This document shows, in pieces, positions 20,662 to 32,500 of a stretch of 64,000 bases of DNA. The notes under the pieces are model-generated. The model did not search any database. It was not told where the DNA came from and saw only the letters and a list, made by a program, of their open reading frames with translations. Source of the stretch: Setoptus koraiensis (lineage: Eukaryota; Animalia; Arthropoda); the NCBI GenBank assembly GCA_048013815.1, contig CM106585.1:11842001-11906000 (forward strand). The letters are read 5' to 3'. The stretch's first letter is position 1. Each line of letters begins with the position of its first letter. A program made the translations under genes and the position numbers.

Positions 20662-22788
20662 ATGTTGAATTCATCAAGTAAACTAATGAGCACTGTGCAA
20701 ATCATGCAAACATTTAGACACTGTAACCAATTAACAAGATTGGAAAAGTTCCTCGAGGAACGCTACCAATGGCGTCTGAATATGCAACAGAGCGTCTCGA
20801 TCAAGTCGCATGATGCTTTCATGAACACTGCCATGGAAAATCTTGTAAACGATCATTCCGACGGTCGCTATAGCCCCGGCCAGATTGATTCAGACATTCC
20901 TAGGAGAAATTTATCGGCAACAACAGATTCGCAAGAGAGACAAGCACATGTAACGAGCAACGACGAAAAAAACACTACAAACAAGAGTAACAAATTTCTA
21001 CATCTTGGTCTACTTACCTTTTTCGCAGAAGCCATAGTGTTATATTCCGTGTTGATCTGCAATCCAAAGTATGCTGTCGATATCCCGAAGTGGTTCTTCG
21101 AACTCTACAAAACTGCAACAGTAGTAGCAAGCAACAATATCAGCGCCCGTAGTTGCGGACCTTGGACACAACTAATGTATGATGACGATAAACGATTGCT
21201 TCTTATTGATCTCATTGATGCAACATGGATGGGGAAGGAATTTCGGGGAACTTTTTATAGTGTCATCTCGTTGTGTGATTTGTTAGCGGCTGTTTTTGTG
21301 TTGGAGCAGATTATTTTCTCCGAAAGTCATTCGAAAGCGATAAGTGTGTACCTGAATTATCACCAATGTGGCTACAACAATCTAACTTGTGATTACTTGC
21401 ATCTGTGTGCCGACAAGACACTCAAAATTGGTCTGAAATTTCCCGCCTTGATGAAATTAGCCGAATTGATGGTCAAGCACAACGGCAAAAGTCATCTAGG
21501 CAAGAATGGAAGTCACACAAACTATAAACATTTTGACATGCGCCTCTCTATGCCATTTCGCCAAAACTCTATCAATTTTAGGAATATCACAATTGACTCG
21601 AGCCACTACGGGCTTATAGCTGGCGGATGTCTAGGCTCCCATGATGGCGATACCATCATACGTCGTTTGCAATCTCACGGGCACAACTTTTTCGAGAAAC
21701 AATTAAGATTGTCAGTGCAAGTTGGCGCAACGATGAGCATAGGTGCATTCGTGCTGCTCGTTCCCCTTACCATTTATCCTAATATGTGGAAAATTGACGT
21801 CTACAAAGATCTAATTAGCTATCAGTCGGAACATGAGCCCAATTGCTATGTGCCATACTTTGTGTCAATCATATTAGTAAGTTTTATGTATTTTTCGATT
21901 GTGTTTTTAACTGCTCTCAACTGTATCATGGTTGGACTATTTATCATGGTGAGAACCTATTGTGTGATCAGAGACATAAATCACGATATACATCTCATGA
22001 GTTCCTCGCTCGAGGGCATTAGTTGGCAAGCTAATGCAACCGACCGTCTCACTTGGTCAAGCGAAACTAAAATGCAGCAAATTATCAACGACACTCTTGG
22101 GCTGCACCGATATGATACCGTAAACGTCACTATGTATGACATAATAATTATGCATCACATTAGAATGTATCATCAGATATTGAATAAGGTTGTGCAATTG
22201 AATTGCCTGCAACAAGTCACCGCCGGAATCGGCGTGGCACTTTATACTGGCATTGGAACATTACTTTTACATTATTTTGTGTCTCATCTAAACGCAGAAT
22301 TCGAGAGGGGTGCACTAGTATTTACTTTCTTGACCACAGTCCCATACATCTTTGTGGTGCTCACTATGATCTGGGCTAGTTTGACAAACAATAAATTGTC
22401 TAAATTAACCTTTATTTGGTATTCAACAACAGCGCGTCTGTCCAAGAAAATTTCAATGGATACCAGGCGAAAAATCGACATTTGTATATTAAGCTGGTGT
22501 TCGTCCCGCGGACTGGACGAGAACGTTTGTATCAAAGTGTTGCAGGCCAAATTGAAGCTAAGCAGAATTCTTGTGGTTAGTATTGACATATATTGTCATA
22601 TAAATGAGTCAACGCGTTCTCTAATGCCTCGTGAATTAACGAAACAATCAAATATCTCTCACCAGGCTCTCATTTGGGTTGCGTCAGGCGCAGTGATTCT
22701 GACGTCATTTACAAATGGAACCGGAAATGGTGAATCAAGGAGACCGACTGCCTCATATCAGAGCCCAGTATTTCGAAATGCTCGATAG
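20662..22788 (+). CDS. Divergent gustatory-receptor-like 7TM membrane protein, copy 2 (678 aa spliced; exons 20662-22575, 22666-22788)
   Basis: First ATG at 20662 (the ORF track starts at a TTG). Phase-0 intron 22576-22665 (GTTAGT...CACCAG, 90 nt, stop-free) at the same position as in the other copies. Last exon ALIWVASGAVILTSFT...NAR*. Confidence 0.8.
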   Translation: MLNSSSKLMSTVQIMQTFRHCNQLTRLEKFLEERYQWRLNMQQSVSIKSHDAFMNTAMENLVNDHSDGRYSPGQIDSDIPRRNLSATTDSQERQAHVTSNDEKNTTNKSNKFLHLGLLTFFAEAIVLYSVLICNPKYAVDIPKWFFELYKTATVVASNNISARSCGPWTQLMYDDDKRLLLIDLIDATWMGKEFRGTFYSVISLCDLLAAVFVLEQIIFSESHSKAISVYLNYHQCGYNNLTCDYLHLCADKTLKIGLKFPALMKLAELMVKHNGKSHLGKNGSHTNYKHFDMRLSMPFRQNSINFRNITIDSSHYGLIAGGCLGSHDGDTIIRRLQSHGHNFFEKQLRLSVQVGATMSIGAFVLLVPLTIYPNMWKIDVYKDLISYQSEHEPNCYVPYFVSIILVSFMYFSIVFLTALNCIMVGLFIMVRTYCVIRDINHDIHLMSSSLEGISWQANATDRLTWSSETKMQQIINDTLGLHRYDTVNVTMYDIIIMHHIRMYHQILNKVVQLNCLQQVTAGIGVALYTGIGTLLLHYFVSHLNAEFERGALVFTFLTTVPYIFVVLTMIWASLTNNKLSKLTFIWYSTTARLSKKISMDTRRKIDICILSWCSSRGLDENVCIKVLQAKLKLSRILVVSIDIYCHINESTRSLMPRELTKQSNISHQALIWVASGAVILTSFTNGTGNGESRRPTASYQSPVFRNAR

Positions 22789-23100
22789 ATCCATGTATCG
22801 CTTGGCGCCAGACCTGTGTAGACACTGATCACTGTGAGATAGATCTGGGCTGTTGGTATTACAACAACAGTATAAATACTGACATTTGTTTTTTCGTAAG
22901 GGAGTTATCTCAGATTATTTCTAGTATTCGGGTTAAACCCCCGCAACTCTTCTCCGCCATGGAAAGTATGAGAGCAGTCGAAAGAGTATAAATGAACCTA
23001 TCCGGTGTTATTTGGGCAAGTTTGTCAACCAGCAACATAAAAATCTTTCGAAAATGTAGCATTCCGCGCGTTTTAGCTGAAACTGTGGCAAAACTGGGTG

Positions 23101-23511
23101 TCTCATGGCGTTGGCAGGGTCCTGGTCGATATCTCGACTGTTCGAAATCTCGGCGTGCTGTGTTCCGACAATTAATCCCAGTGTATGTGTTGCAACCAAC
23201 CAGCTGGACCAACCGAAAAACGACAAAAAGTCAACGAAGCAGCCTAAATTTGTGCCAGAAAAGTGGACCGACAATCCTACTCACATAAGAGTATTAAGCC
23301 GAGACAAGCTCTGATTTCCCCGAAATATCAATAATATATCGCCATTAATTACATGGTGATGAAAAAGTAACATTGTCTAGACACTGCACGGTGGAGTTGT
23401 TTGCGGCAGATTTCGAGATTCCATCCGTGTTGAGAGATTTCGTATGTTAAGATTGTGCGCTATCGAGCAATCGACCGTGTCCCCACAATGAAATAGATCA
23501 AAAATGGCCTC
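23101..23511. mobile_element. ~375-bp insertion in the spacer upstream of copy 3; possible MITE
   Basis: The anchors AAAACTGGGTG and AATACAGTT are 33 nt apart upstream of copy 2 and 38 nt apart upstream of copy 4, but 411 nt apart here. Imperfect inverted repeat GGTCGATATCTCGA (23124-23137) / TCGAGCAATCGACC (23463-23476), 12 of 14 matching. No target-site duplication seen. Confidence 0.4.
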
Positions 23512-23884
23512 AATACAGTTACTCGAGCTGAAAATCCACAATTTTTGGTACATTATTACATTAATCATTTACACAAAATCAGCCAAGCTTGTACTCGTGA
23601 CAACTTTAAAGCGGCATATTCCATAATGAATGTTTGTGTTGAGCGAAAGAAACGTCGGCATGGATAATGAACAATCTGATTTGTTGGAGCGTCAAAGCTT
23701 CCGTGACACTGAGCATAGCTAATGATTCCTGAGAGTCGCCGCATATGCAATCGATGGAAACATAAAATGCTGTTTCTGATGCTTCGGGCACTACTCCGGC
23801 CCATCAAACGACAGGTGAGACCCGTCACTTGACAGGGATACTTGTGCAGATCCAATATGATGATAGCCGCGCCTAATTGGTGAG

Positions 23885-26077
23885 ATGATTTTCACGACCA
23901 TGTTGCATCCATCAAATCAAAATAAGCTCATTGGCTCTATGCAAATAAATCAACTACATGTAAAGACACCGGGACTCTGTTGCGATGTAACAAGATTGGA
24001 CAAGTTCCTCGAAGAACGCTACCGATGGCGCCTGAATCTGCAAGAGAGCCTCCCAGTCAAGATGCATGATGTTTTCATGAATACTGCCACAGAGAATCTA
24101 GTTGGTGATCATTCCGACGGTTGCTATAGTCCCAGCCAGATTGATTCAGACATTCCTAGAAGAAATGTACCGGCAACAACAGATTCACAACAACGACAAG
24201 TACATATAAGTAGCAACGATAAAAAAAACGATGCAAACAAATGTCAAAAATTTCTACGCCTATATCTGTTGACATTTTTTACAAAAGCTATAATACTATC
24301 ATCCGTGATGATGTACAATCACGAATGTGTTGCCGACATCACAAAATGGTTCTTCGAACTCTTCACTACGGCGACAGCAACAGCAATCAACAACAACAGT
24401 AGCAGCGCAAGTAGTTGTGGACCTTGGACACAACTAATGTATGACGGAGATAAACGATTGCTTCTTATTGATCTCATTGATGCAGCATCGATGGGGAAGG
24501 AATTTCGGAGAACTCTCTACAGTGTCATCTCGTTGTGCTATTGGATATCGGCTGCCCTTTTATTGGAGCAGATAATTTTCTCCGAAAGTCATTCGAAAGC
24601 GATAAGTGTGTACCTGAATTATCACCAATGTGGCTACAACAATCTAACTTGTGATTACTTGCATCTGTGTGCCGACAAGACACTCAAAATTGGTCTGAAA
24701 TTTCCCGCCTTGATGAAATTAGCCGAATTGATGGTCAAGCACAACAGCAAAAGTCATCTAGGCAAGAATGGAAATCACACCAAATATAAACATTTTGACA
24801 TGCGCCTCTCTTTGCCATTTCGCCAAAACTCTATCAATTTTAGGAATATCGCAATTGACTCGAGCCACTACGGGCTTATAGCTGACGGATGTCTAGGCTC
24901 CCATGATGCTGATACAATTATAAGTTGTTTGCAATCTAACGGGCACAACTTTTTCGAGAAACAATTAAGATTGTCAGTGCAAGTTGGCGTAACGATGAGC
25001 ATAAGTGCAATCGTGATGCTCGTTCCCCTTACCATTTATCCCAATATGTGGAAAATTGACGTCTACAAACATCTCATTAGCTATCAGTCGGAACATGAGC
25101 CCAATTGTTATGTGCCATACTTTGCTTCGATTGTATTGGTAAGTGTTTTGTATTTTTCAGTTTTGTTTCTAAGTGGTTGCTACTGCATCGTGTTGGGGCT
25201 ACACATCATGGTGAGGATCTATTGTGCGATCCGAGACATAAATCGCGATATACATCTCATGAGTTCCTCGCTCGAGACCATTAGTTGGCAAGCTGATGCA
25301 ACCGACAGTCACACTAGATCAAGCGAAAGTGAAATGCAACAAGTTATTAATGCCACGCTTAAGATGGATAGATATGATACCGTGGACGTCACGATGTATG
25401 ACATAATAAGTATGCATCACATTAGAATGTATCATCAGATACTCAATAAGATTGCTCAATTTAATCGCCTGCAAAGTTTCACCAATGGAACCGGCGTGGC
25501 ACTGTATTCTGGCATTGGAATATTGCTTTTACATTATTTTATGTCTCATCTAGACGCAAGATTAGAGAAAGGTGCGGTAGTGTTTACTCTTGTAGCCGTC
25601 ATTCCATACATCGCTAATGTAATCATTATGATCTGGGCAAGTCTGACAAACAATAAACTGTTTAAATTAACCTCAATTTGGTATTCAGCAACAGCGCGTC
25701 TGTCCGAGAGAATTTCTGTGGATACCAGGCGAAAAATTCACTCATGCACATTAGGCTGGTGTTCGTCCAGCGGACTGGACAATGACATTTGTCCAGCATT
25801 CCAGGCCAAATTGGACACAGGCAAAATTCTCGTGGTTAGTAATGACATATCTTGTTTCATAAATGAACCCTCTTGATCTCCCATGCCATCAGCATAACCA
25901 GCAGCTTTCTTTAAAATTTCGTGTTAATCAACGAAACAATCGAATATCTCTCGACAGGCTCTCGTTTGGGTTGTGTCGGGCGCATTGATCCTGATATCAT
26001 TTACAGATGGAGCCGGCAATAAATCAGTGCGAACAATTGCCTCATATCAGCGCTCAGTATTTCAAAACGCTGGATAG
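23885..26077 (+). CDS. Divergent gustatory-receptor-like 7TM membrane protein, copy 3 (689 aa; exons 23885-25834, 25958-26077)
   Basis: Phase-0 intron 25835-25957 (GTTAGT...CGACAG, 123 nt, contains the TGA that ends the ORF-track call). Last exon ALVWVVSGALILISFTDGAGNKSVRTIASYQRSVFQNAG*. Confidence 0.8.
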
Positions 26078-26964
26078 ATTCATCCATCGCTCGACGCCAT
26101 TACTACATGCACTAATCGACTTACAGTGTCAAAATTGTTGCAATAATCAAAAATGACTGGCTGCAGGGAGACTGGTCTCCTTTATTTGAGATGGATCTGC
26201 GCTTTAGGAATTATAGCAACAATGTATACACTAGGCATTTGTATTTTCGTGCGCAAGTTATCTTAGATTATTTCTGGTAATCCGGTGCGAATTCCACCCC
26301 TTTCGGTCATGGAAAGTATGAGAGTAGTTGAAAGACTTAAATAAACCTGTCTGGTTTTATTTGGACAAGTTTGTCAGCCAGCAACACAAAACTATCGAAA
26401 ATGTAGCAATGCGCGCAATTCCATTGGAATAGTGACAAAACTGGGTGTCTTATGGCGCTCGACAAAATGCAATGGTCGGGCCAAAAATACAGTTATTCAT
26501 TTTAACGATCCACAGAGCTTTTTGCTTACTCATTTGCGCAAAGTTAGCCAGACTCTTGCTGGATTCGAAATAATTCAAGAGTCAACACTGCGCGCATATT
26601 CATGATTTACGACCAGAATATCGACCAATCCAGGAGTAGTTCCTTTGTATATCGTATTATATCCTCCTTTTTAAATCGCAAGTGCAATTTCTTCGATCAA
26701 TGTTTGTCGCGAACGAAACTGAGGTCACCATGAATAATAAATGAGTTAATAAATGATGAAGCGTCAAGGCGTTCGTGACAATGAGCATGGCTAAAAATTT
26801 ATTTCTATCTATTTTCTGGCGGTCGCCATGCACGCAATCGATCAAAACTCAAGTGTGTCAGTCCGCGTCTGAATCCGCGCAGGCAAGAGGTGTTTGTGTC
26901 AATTAAATTTGATGCGATCCGTGCGGTTTCGTTTTCCTAATTGGTGAAATATTTTTTTACCAAC

Positions 26965-29131
26965 ATGTTGTATCCATCAAATACACTAATCAACAATATG
27001 CAAATCATGCAAACATCCAGATACTATAACCAATTGGCGAGATTGGACAAGTTCCTCGAAGAACGCTACCGATGGCGCCTGAATCTGCAAGAGAGTTTCG
27101 CAGTCAAGATGCATGATGTTTTCATGAATACTGCCACAGAGAATCTAGTTGGCGATCCGTCCAACGGTCTTCATAGTCCTGATCAGATTGATACAGACAG
27201 CTTTGGAGGGAAATTATTCGCTACAACAGGTTCACAACAACGTCAAGTACATGAGAATAGCGACGATAGAAAAAACAATGCAACCAAAGGTCAGAAATTA
27301 CTACGCCTATGTCTCTTTACATTTTTTACAAAAGCTATAATACTATCATCCGTGATGATGTACGATCAAGAACGTGCTGCCGACATCCCGAAATGGTTCT
27401 TCGAACTCTTCACAACGGCGACAGCAACAGTAATCAACAACAACAGCTTAAGCGCAGCTAGTTGTGAACCCTGGACACAACTAATGTATGATGACGATAA
27501 ACGATTGCTTCTTGGCGATCTCATCGATGCAACGCCGTTAGAGAGAGAATTCCGGATAACTATTTACAGTGTCATCGCAGTTTTCAATTTTTTATCGGCC
27601 CTTCTTTTATTGGAGCAGATAATTTTCTTCAAGAGCCACTCGGAAGCGATAAGTACGTACCTGAATTATCACCAATGCGGCTACAACAACATAGCTTGTG
27701 ATTACTTGCATCTGTGTGCCGACACGACACTCAAAATCGGTCTGAAATTTCCCGCCTTGATGAAATTGGCCGAATTGATGGTCAAGCACAACGGCAAAAG
27801 TCACGTAGGCAAGAATGGAGGTCACACCAAATATAAACATTTTGACATGCGCCTCTCTATGCCATTTCGCCAAAACTCTATCAATTTTGGGAATATCGCT
27901 ATCGACTCGAGCCACTACGGACTCATGGCCGTAAACTGTCTAGGCTCTCGTGATGCAGATACAATTATAAGTTTATTGCAATCTAACGAGCACAACTTTT
28001 TCGAGAAACAATTGAGATTGTCAGTGCAAGTTGGCGTACCGATGAGCATAAGTGCAATCGTGATGCTCGTTCCCCTTACCACTTATCCTAATGTGTGGAA
28101 AATTGACGTCTACAAAGATCTCATTAGCTATCAGTCGGAACATGAACCCAATTGTTATTTGCCATACTTTGTGCCGATCGTATTGGTCAGTGTTATGTAT
28201 TTTTCACTTTTGTTTCTCAGTGGTGTCTTCTGTGTCCTGATGGGACTGCACATCATGGTGAGGTTCTTTTGTGCGATCCGAGACATAACTCACGACATAC
28301 ATCTCATGGGTTCCTCGCTTGAGACTATTAGTTGGCAAGCTAATGAAACCGACCGTCTCACTTGGTCAAGCGAAACTGAAATGCAACAAATTATTAACGC
28401 CACGCTCAGGCTGGACAGATATGGTTCCGTGAATGTCACGATGTACGACATAATAATTATGCATCATATCAAACTGTATCATCAGATACTGAATAAGATT
28501 GTGCAGTTGAATTGCCTGCAAAGTCTCACCACTGGTGTCGGCGTGGCACTATATACCGGTAATGGAATATTACTTTTACATTATTTTATGTCTCATCTAA
28601 ATGCAAAATTAAATCTTGGTGCGCTAGTGTTTACATCTTTTACCGCCTTTCCGTTCATCGTTATTGTGCTCAATATCATATGGGCTAGTATGCTAAACAT
28701 CAAATTGTCTAAACTAACCTCTATTTGGTATTCAGCAACAGCGCGTCTGTCCAAGAAAATATCAATGGATACCAGGCGAAAAATTGACACTTGCATATTA
28801 AGCTGGTGTTCGTCTAGTGGACTTGAGAGTCACGTCAGTGTTAAAGTGGTGGAGGCCAAATTGGAGCTAAACAGAATTCTCTTGGTGAGTATTGACATAT
28901 ATTGTCACCTAAATGAGCCTATTCGCCCCCCCTAATGCCACGAACATGACCAACGGCTTTCTTTAACTAATTGTATCAATTAAACGATCGAATATCTCTC
29001 AACAGGCTCTCGTTTGGGTTTTGTCGGGCGCAGTGCTTCTGATGACATTCACAACGAAAACTGGCGATCACGAATCAGTAAGACACACCTCATATCGGCG
29101 CCCTATGGGGGGATTCCGAAACGCTGGATAA
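26965..29131 (+). CDS. Divergent gustatory-receptor-like 7TM membrane protein, copy 4 (681 aa; exons 26965-28884, 29006-29131)
   Basis: First ATG at 26965. Phase-0 intron 28885-29005 (GTGAGT...CAACAG, 121 nt). Last exon ALVWVLSGAVLLMTFTTKTGDHESVRHTSYRRPMGGFRNAG*. Confidence 0.8.
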
Positions 29132-29563
29132 ATTCATTCGTTTATTACATGTCACCACTATTACATGTATTAATTGACCAACAGTGCCTAAATTGTTGCA
29201 ATAATCAAAAATGTCCCCCTGTTTTGTTAGATTTGATTCGCTCAATGCAATTCAAACGTTTAAAATTCAGATAATTAATTTGCAGTCGCATTCAAAATCA
29301 TATCGTTTTTTAGTGCAACTTTATTGTTGTTGCCTTCTCTTGTTGTCTGAATCAATAGTGTGAAAAATAGTAATAATAATAATAATAATTATGACAATTA
29401 TGGGTAGCTAGGTACAGAGTTTTCAACTTTCAATTGATTGACATTGATGGCGACAAACTCGCAGGAAGTAGAATCCATTTTCTATTTGGTGTGTTCGTCT
29501 AAGTTAATATCAGTTGATAGGCTTTTATCATGGCGGCGGCCTCAATTCTATATTGTCATTGGT

Positions 29564-32500
29564 TCAAGTTGAATTTTTCCATTTCATGTTGTATTGTTCC
29601 ATCTCTAGATTTGGTTGCTCCAATTTTCTTTCGGCCAATTGCTGCTCGTCTAATCTTCTCGATCTAATTATCATATAAACACTGAAACCAACTGTGAATA
29701 AAAGCAGCCAAAACATGCATGTCACTGTAAAGGCCAAACTAACTACTGGCATGCATACTCCATAAATGATATCTTCGCGTTTTCCTTCAAGTATCGGTGT
29801 GGCATCTGTGATATTTGGATTGAAAGCCAAATCCATTCCTGTGACAACCATAAAGGTCTTCTTTATGCCCACCTCATTGGAAGTTGACACTGCCCGACGT
29901 GATCTCATCAGACCTGGCTTGAGATTCAATCTGTTGTTGCTATTTTGTTGTTGATTATTAATTTGTTGTTGGCTAGCTACTAAATGTTGAGCAATCGGCA
30001 GAGGATTCATAGGATAATATTGAGATTGTTGACTGCTGTCGGCCATCATTTGTGTTGGCTGCTGCTGCTGAAAGAACATTTGTTGTCTCAATTTTTCTTT
30101 CATTTCGTTTAGGGCACGTTCATCCTGAGGGACGTTAGGATTAAATTTCACTGGTAGTTGTACTGGCTGGTGTTGTGTCTTGTGAGATAATAGAGCGGCC
30201 ACAGCCTGGAAGGCAGCGTGAGGTGAGATCCGACTGAAACGACTTTTTTGAGGTTTAGGGGGAGTCACATGCTGCTGACGAAGTTGTTGTTGTTGTTGCT
30301 GCTGCTGTTGGGCAGCTAGTTTTTGGGCAAATTGTTGCAGCGCTGGTATCTGGTTGGGGAAGCCAATATTTATGGGTACATTAGTTATCTGAGCAGTTGG
30401 CTGTGAGTTTGACGCAACAACCTTGTCTGGTTTTGGACCCACTAGCATCATATTGGGGTGCTGATGGATGCTGTTCACCTGAACTGGCTGAATGTTCTTC
30501 GGATTCACTACAGGCGAGATGGTGCTAGGTAATTTGGCCAAATTTATGTTCATATTAGATGTCTGAGCTACCATGTTTCTATTGGCACCTGCATTAGGGT
30601 CTGGCATTAGTTTAGCCTGACCTTGAACGTTAGGATAGGGCTGTTGGTGGCTTGGTACACCCATTTTATTATTGTCATTATTTAATAATGGCGATGTTTT
30701 GAATGGCTGCTGTTGTTGTTGTTGTTGCTGTTGTTGATTGGGTTGGTATGGCTGTTGATCATGCATCACTCTGTTGTTGGGATTAATTGGTTGCTGCTCA
30801 GGGTTAAGCTTCGCCAGATCCTGTTGTTGTTCCTGCTGAGGAGAAGAACTTCTCATTGCATTGGCATGTTGAGCTATCTGCTGTTGTACCGGTGTTACAG
30901 GTATGTCAACTCTTTCAATTGATCTTGACGGCGATTGAGCAGAATCATCTGGCTTGGCCTTCGATCTGTCGCTACTATGATTGTACTGTGATTCATCTTG
31001 CTGGTGCGAAGGTGATTGTTGCGAAGAACCGGAAGAAGATAGAGCAGACGCCATAGGTTGTTGATTGTTTTGTGACAGCTGCTCTTGTTTGGGCGTGACA
31101 TTTTCGCTCATCATCTCGGACATTCCAATGCGATCTTCAATTTGAATAGGTCCGCTGGCTAGTTCCTCTGTTCCTACAACAGGCCTTACTTTAACTTCCG
31201 ACGAGGAGCTCTCGTCTGTGCTCATAACAGATCCCATTTCATCTGGATTTGTTCTATCTTCATTGGCATTCGTCATGCTGTTCGTGGGTGAGGCATCGAT
31301 AGGAACGCTTCCGGACGAGGAGCTTGCCGATTGAGAGGAGGCCGCTTGATCTATGGCTGGGTCATCTGATCTGTCAATATTGATTTTATCATTTGCATTT
31401 TCTGAATTTGCTGAAACTGCAGGCTGATAGCTATCGGCAGAGTTTGACTCTGACTGCAATTGTGGTTGTCCGTTATCTACGGCACTGGTTTGCTGTTGAT
31501 TTGTTGGTTGGTTATTCTGGTACGCTGGTTGTGATCTGGCTCCAAATTTAGAACCGGCTAGCATCGCTTCTATATTGGCATTGATGACAGCATTAGGATC
31601 GTCCCTGTTTGATTGAACGCGTCGCTGGTCATTAGCTTTCACATTGATCATGCCATTTTGATTATTGTTCTGTTTCGCCTCCATATCTTTCGGTTGCATA
31701 CCTGGCAGTAGACTTCCTGGCGCAATATCGTCCAGCTTAGATGCCTCTGTGTAGGTTTGGTCGGCTTGGTTATTATTTGAAAGTTGAGACTGCTTGTCCG
31801 ACGCTGAATCTTGTTGGCTCGAACTGACTAGCTTCAAATTTCCATCAGAATTTCCTGAAACCTCATCGACTGGGCTTTTTTGCGCATCACTAACATTGTC
31901 AGTACCGGCGCGACTAATAGAATCCGAGCTCACTTGTTGATTGACGGATATCGACGATTTAATTGATGAATTCTCTGAAGGTACTTGCACCTCAACCACT
32001 TTAATACTACTGGTAGCGGGACTGTCCGAAGTTGGTTTATCCGCCATAGTTGAATTGGCAACAACAGAGTTTCTATTGATTGTTGCTGCAGGTTGAGCGT
32101 CAAACTGATCGTTGCTTGCAGCCGACGATATCTCTCCATTGTCCGGCACTGGGTCACTTGAAGTTGTGTCACTTGCAAGGCCCTCCGATGATGCCATATC
32201 ACTTGAATTAATATCACTACTGAACGACGTATCTATCGATGGGGCTTGAGGCGAGATTCTCTGAGGTGACACCTGATGAGTGTCGGCCCTATTATCAATT
32301 TGGGTGGGTGATGTAGGCTGAGGTCTGATTTGTTGCACATCTGAGCGTTTATTGTTTGCTGTTGATGGAAAATCGTTATTGCTATCACTTCCGGCCATAT
32401 CATCGCTGCCATCGTTGTTGATGTTCTCTGGAGCAAATTGATTATTGTTAACAATTTGTGGTTGCGGCGGCGCCTGCTGTTGGTAGTTGGCAGTAGGTGG

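Noticed and set aside
16810-28935. ORF-track ends (18732, 25876, 28935) as the true C-termini of the receptor-like genes
   Set aside because: These stops lie inside a conserved GT-AG intron, and homologous terminal exons follow in every copy.
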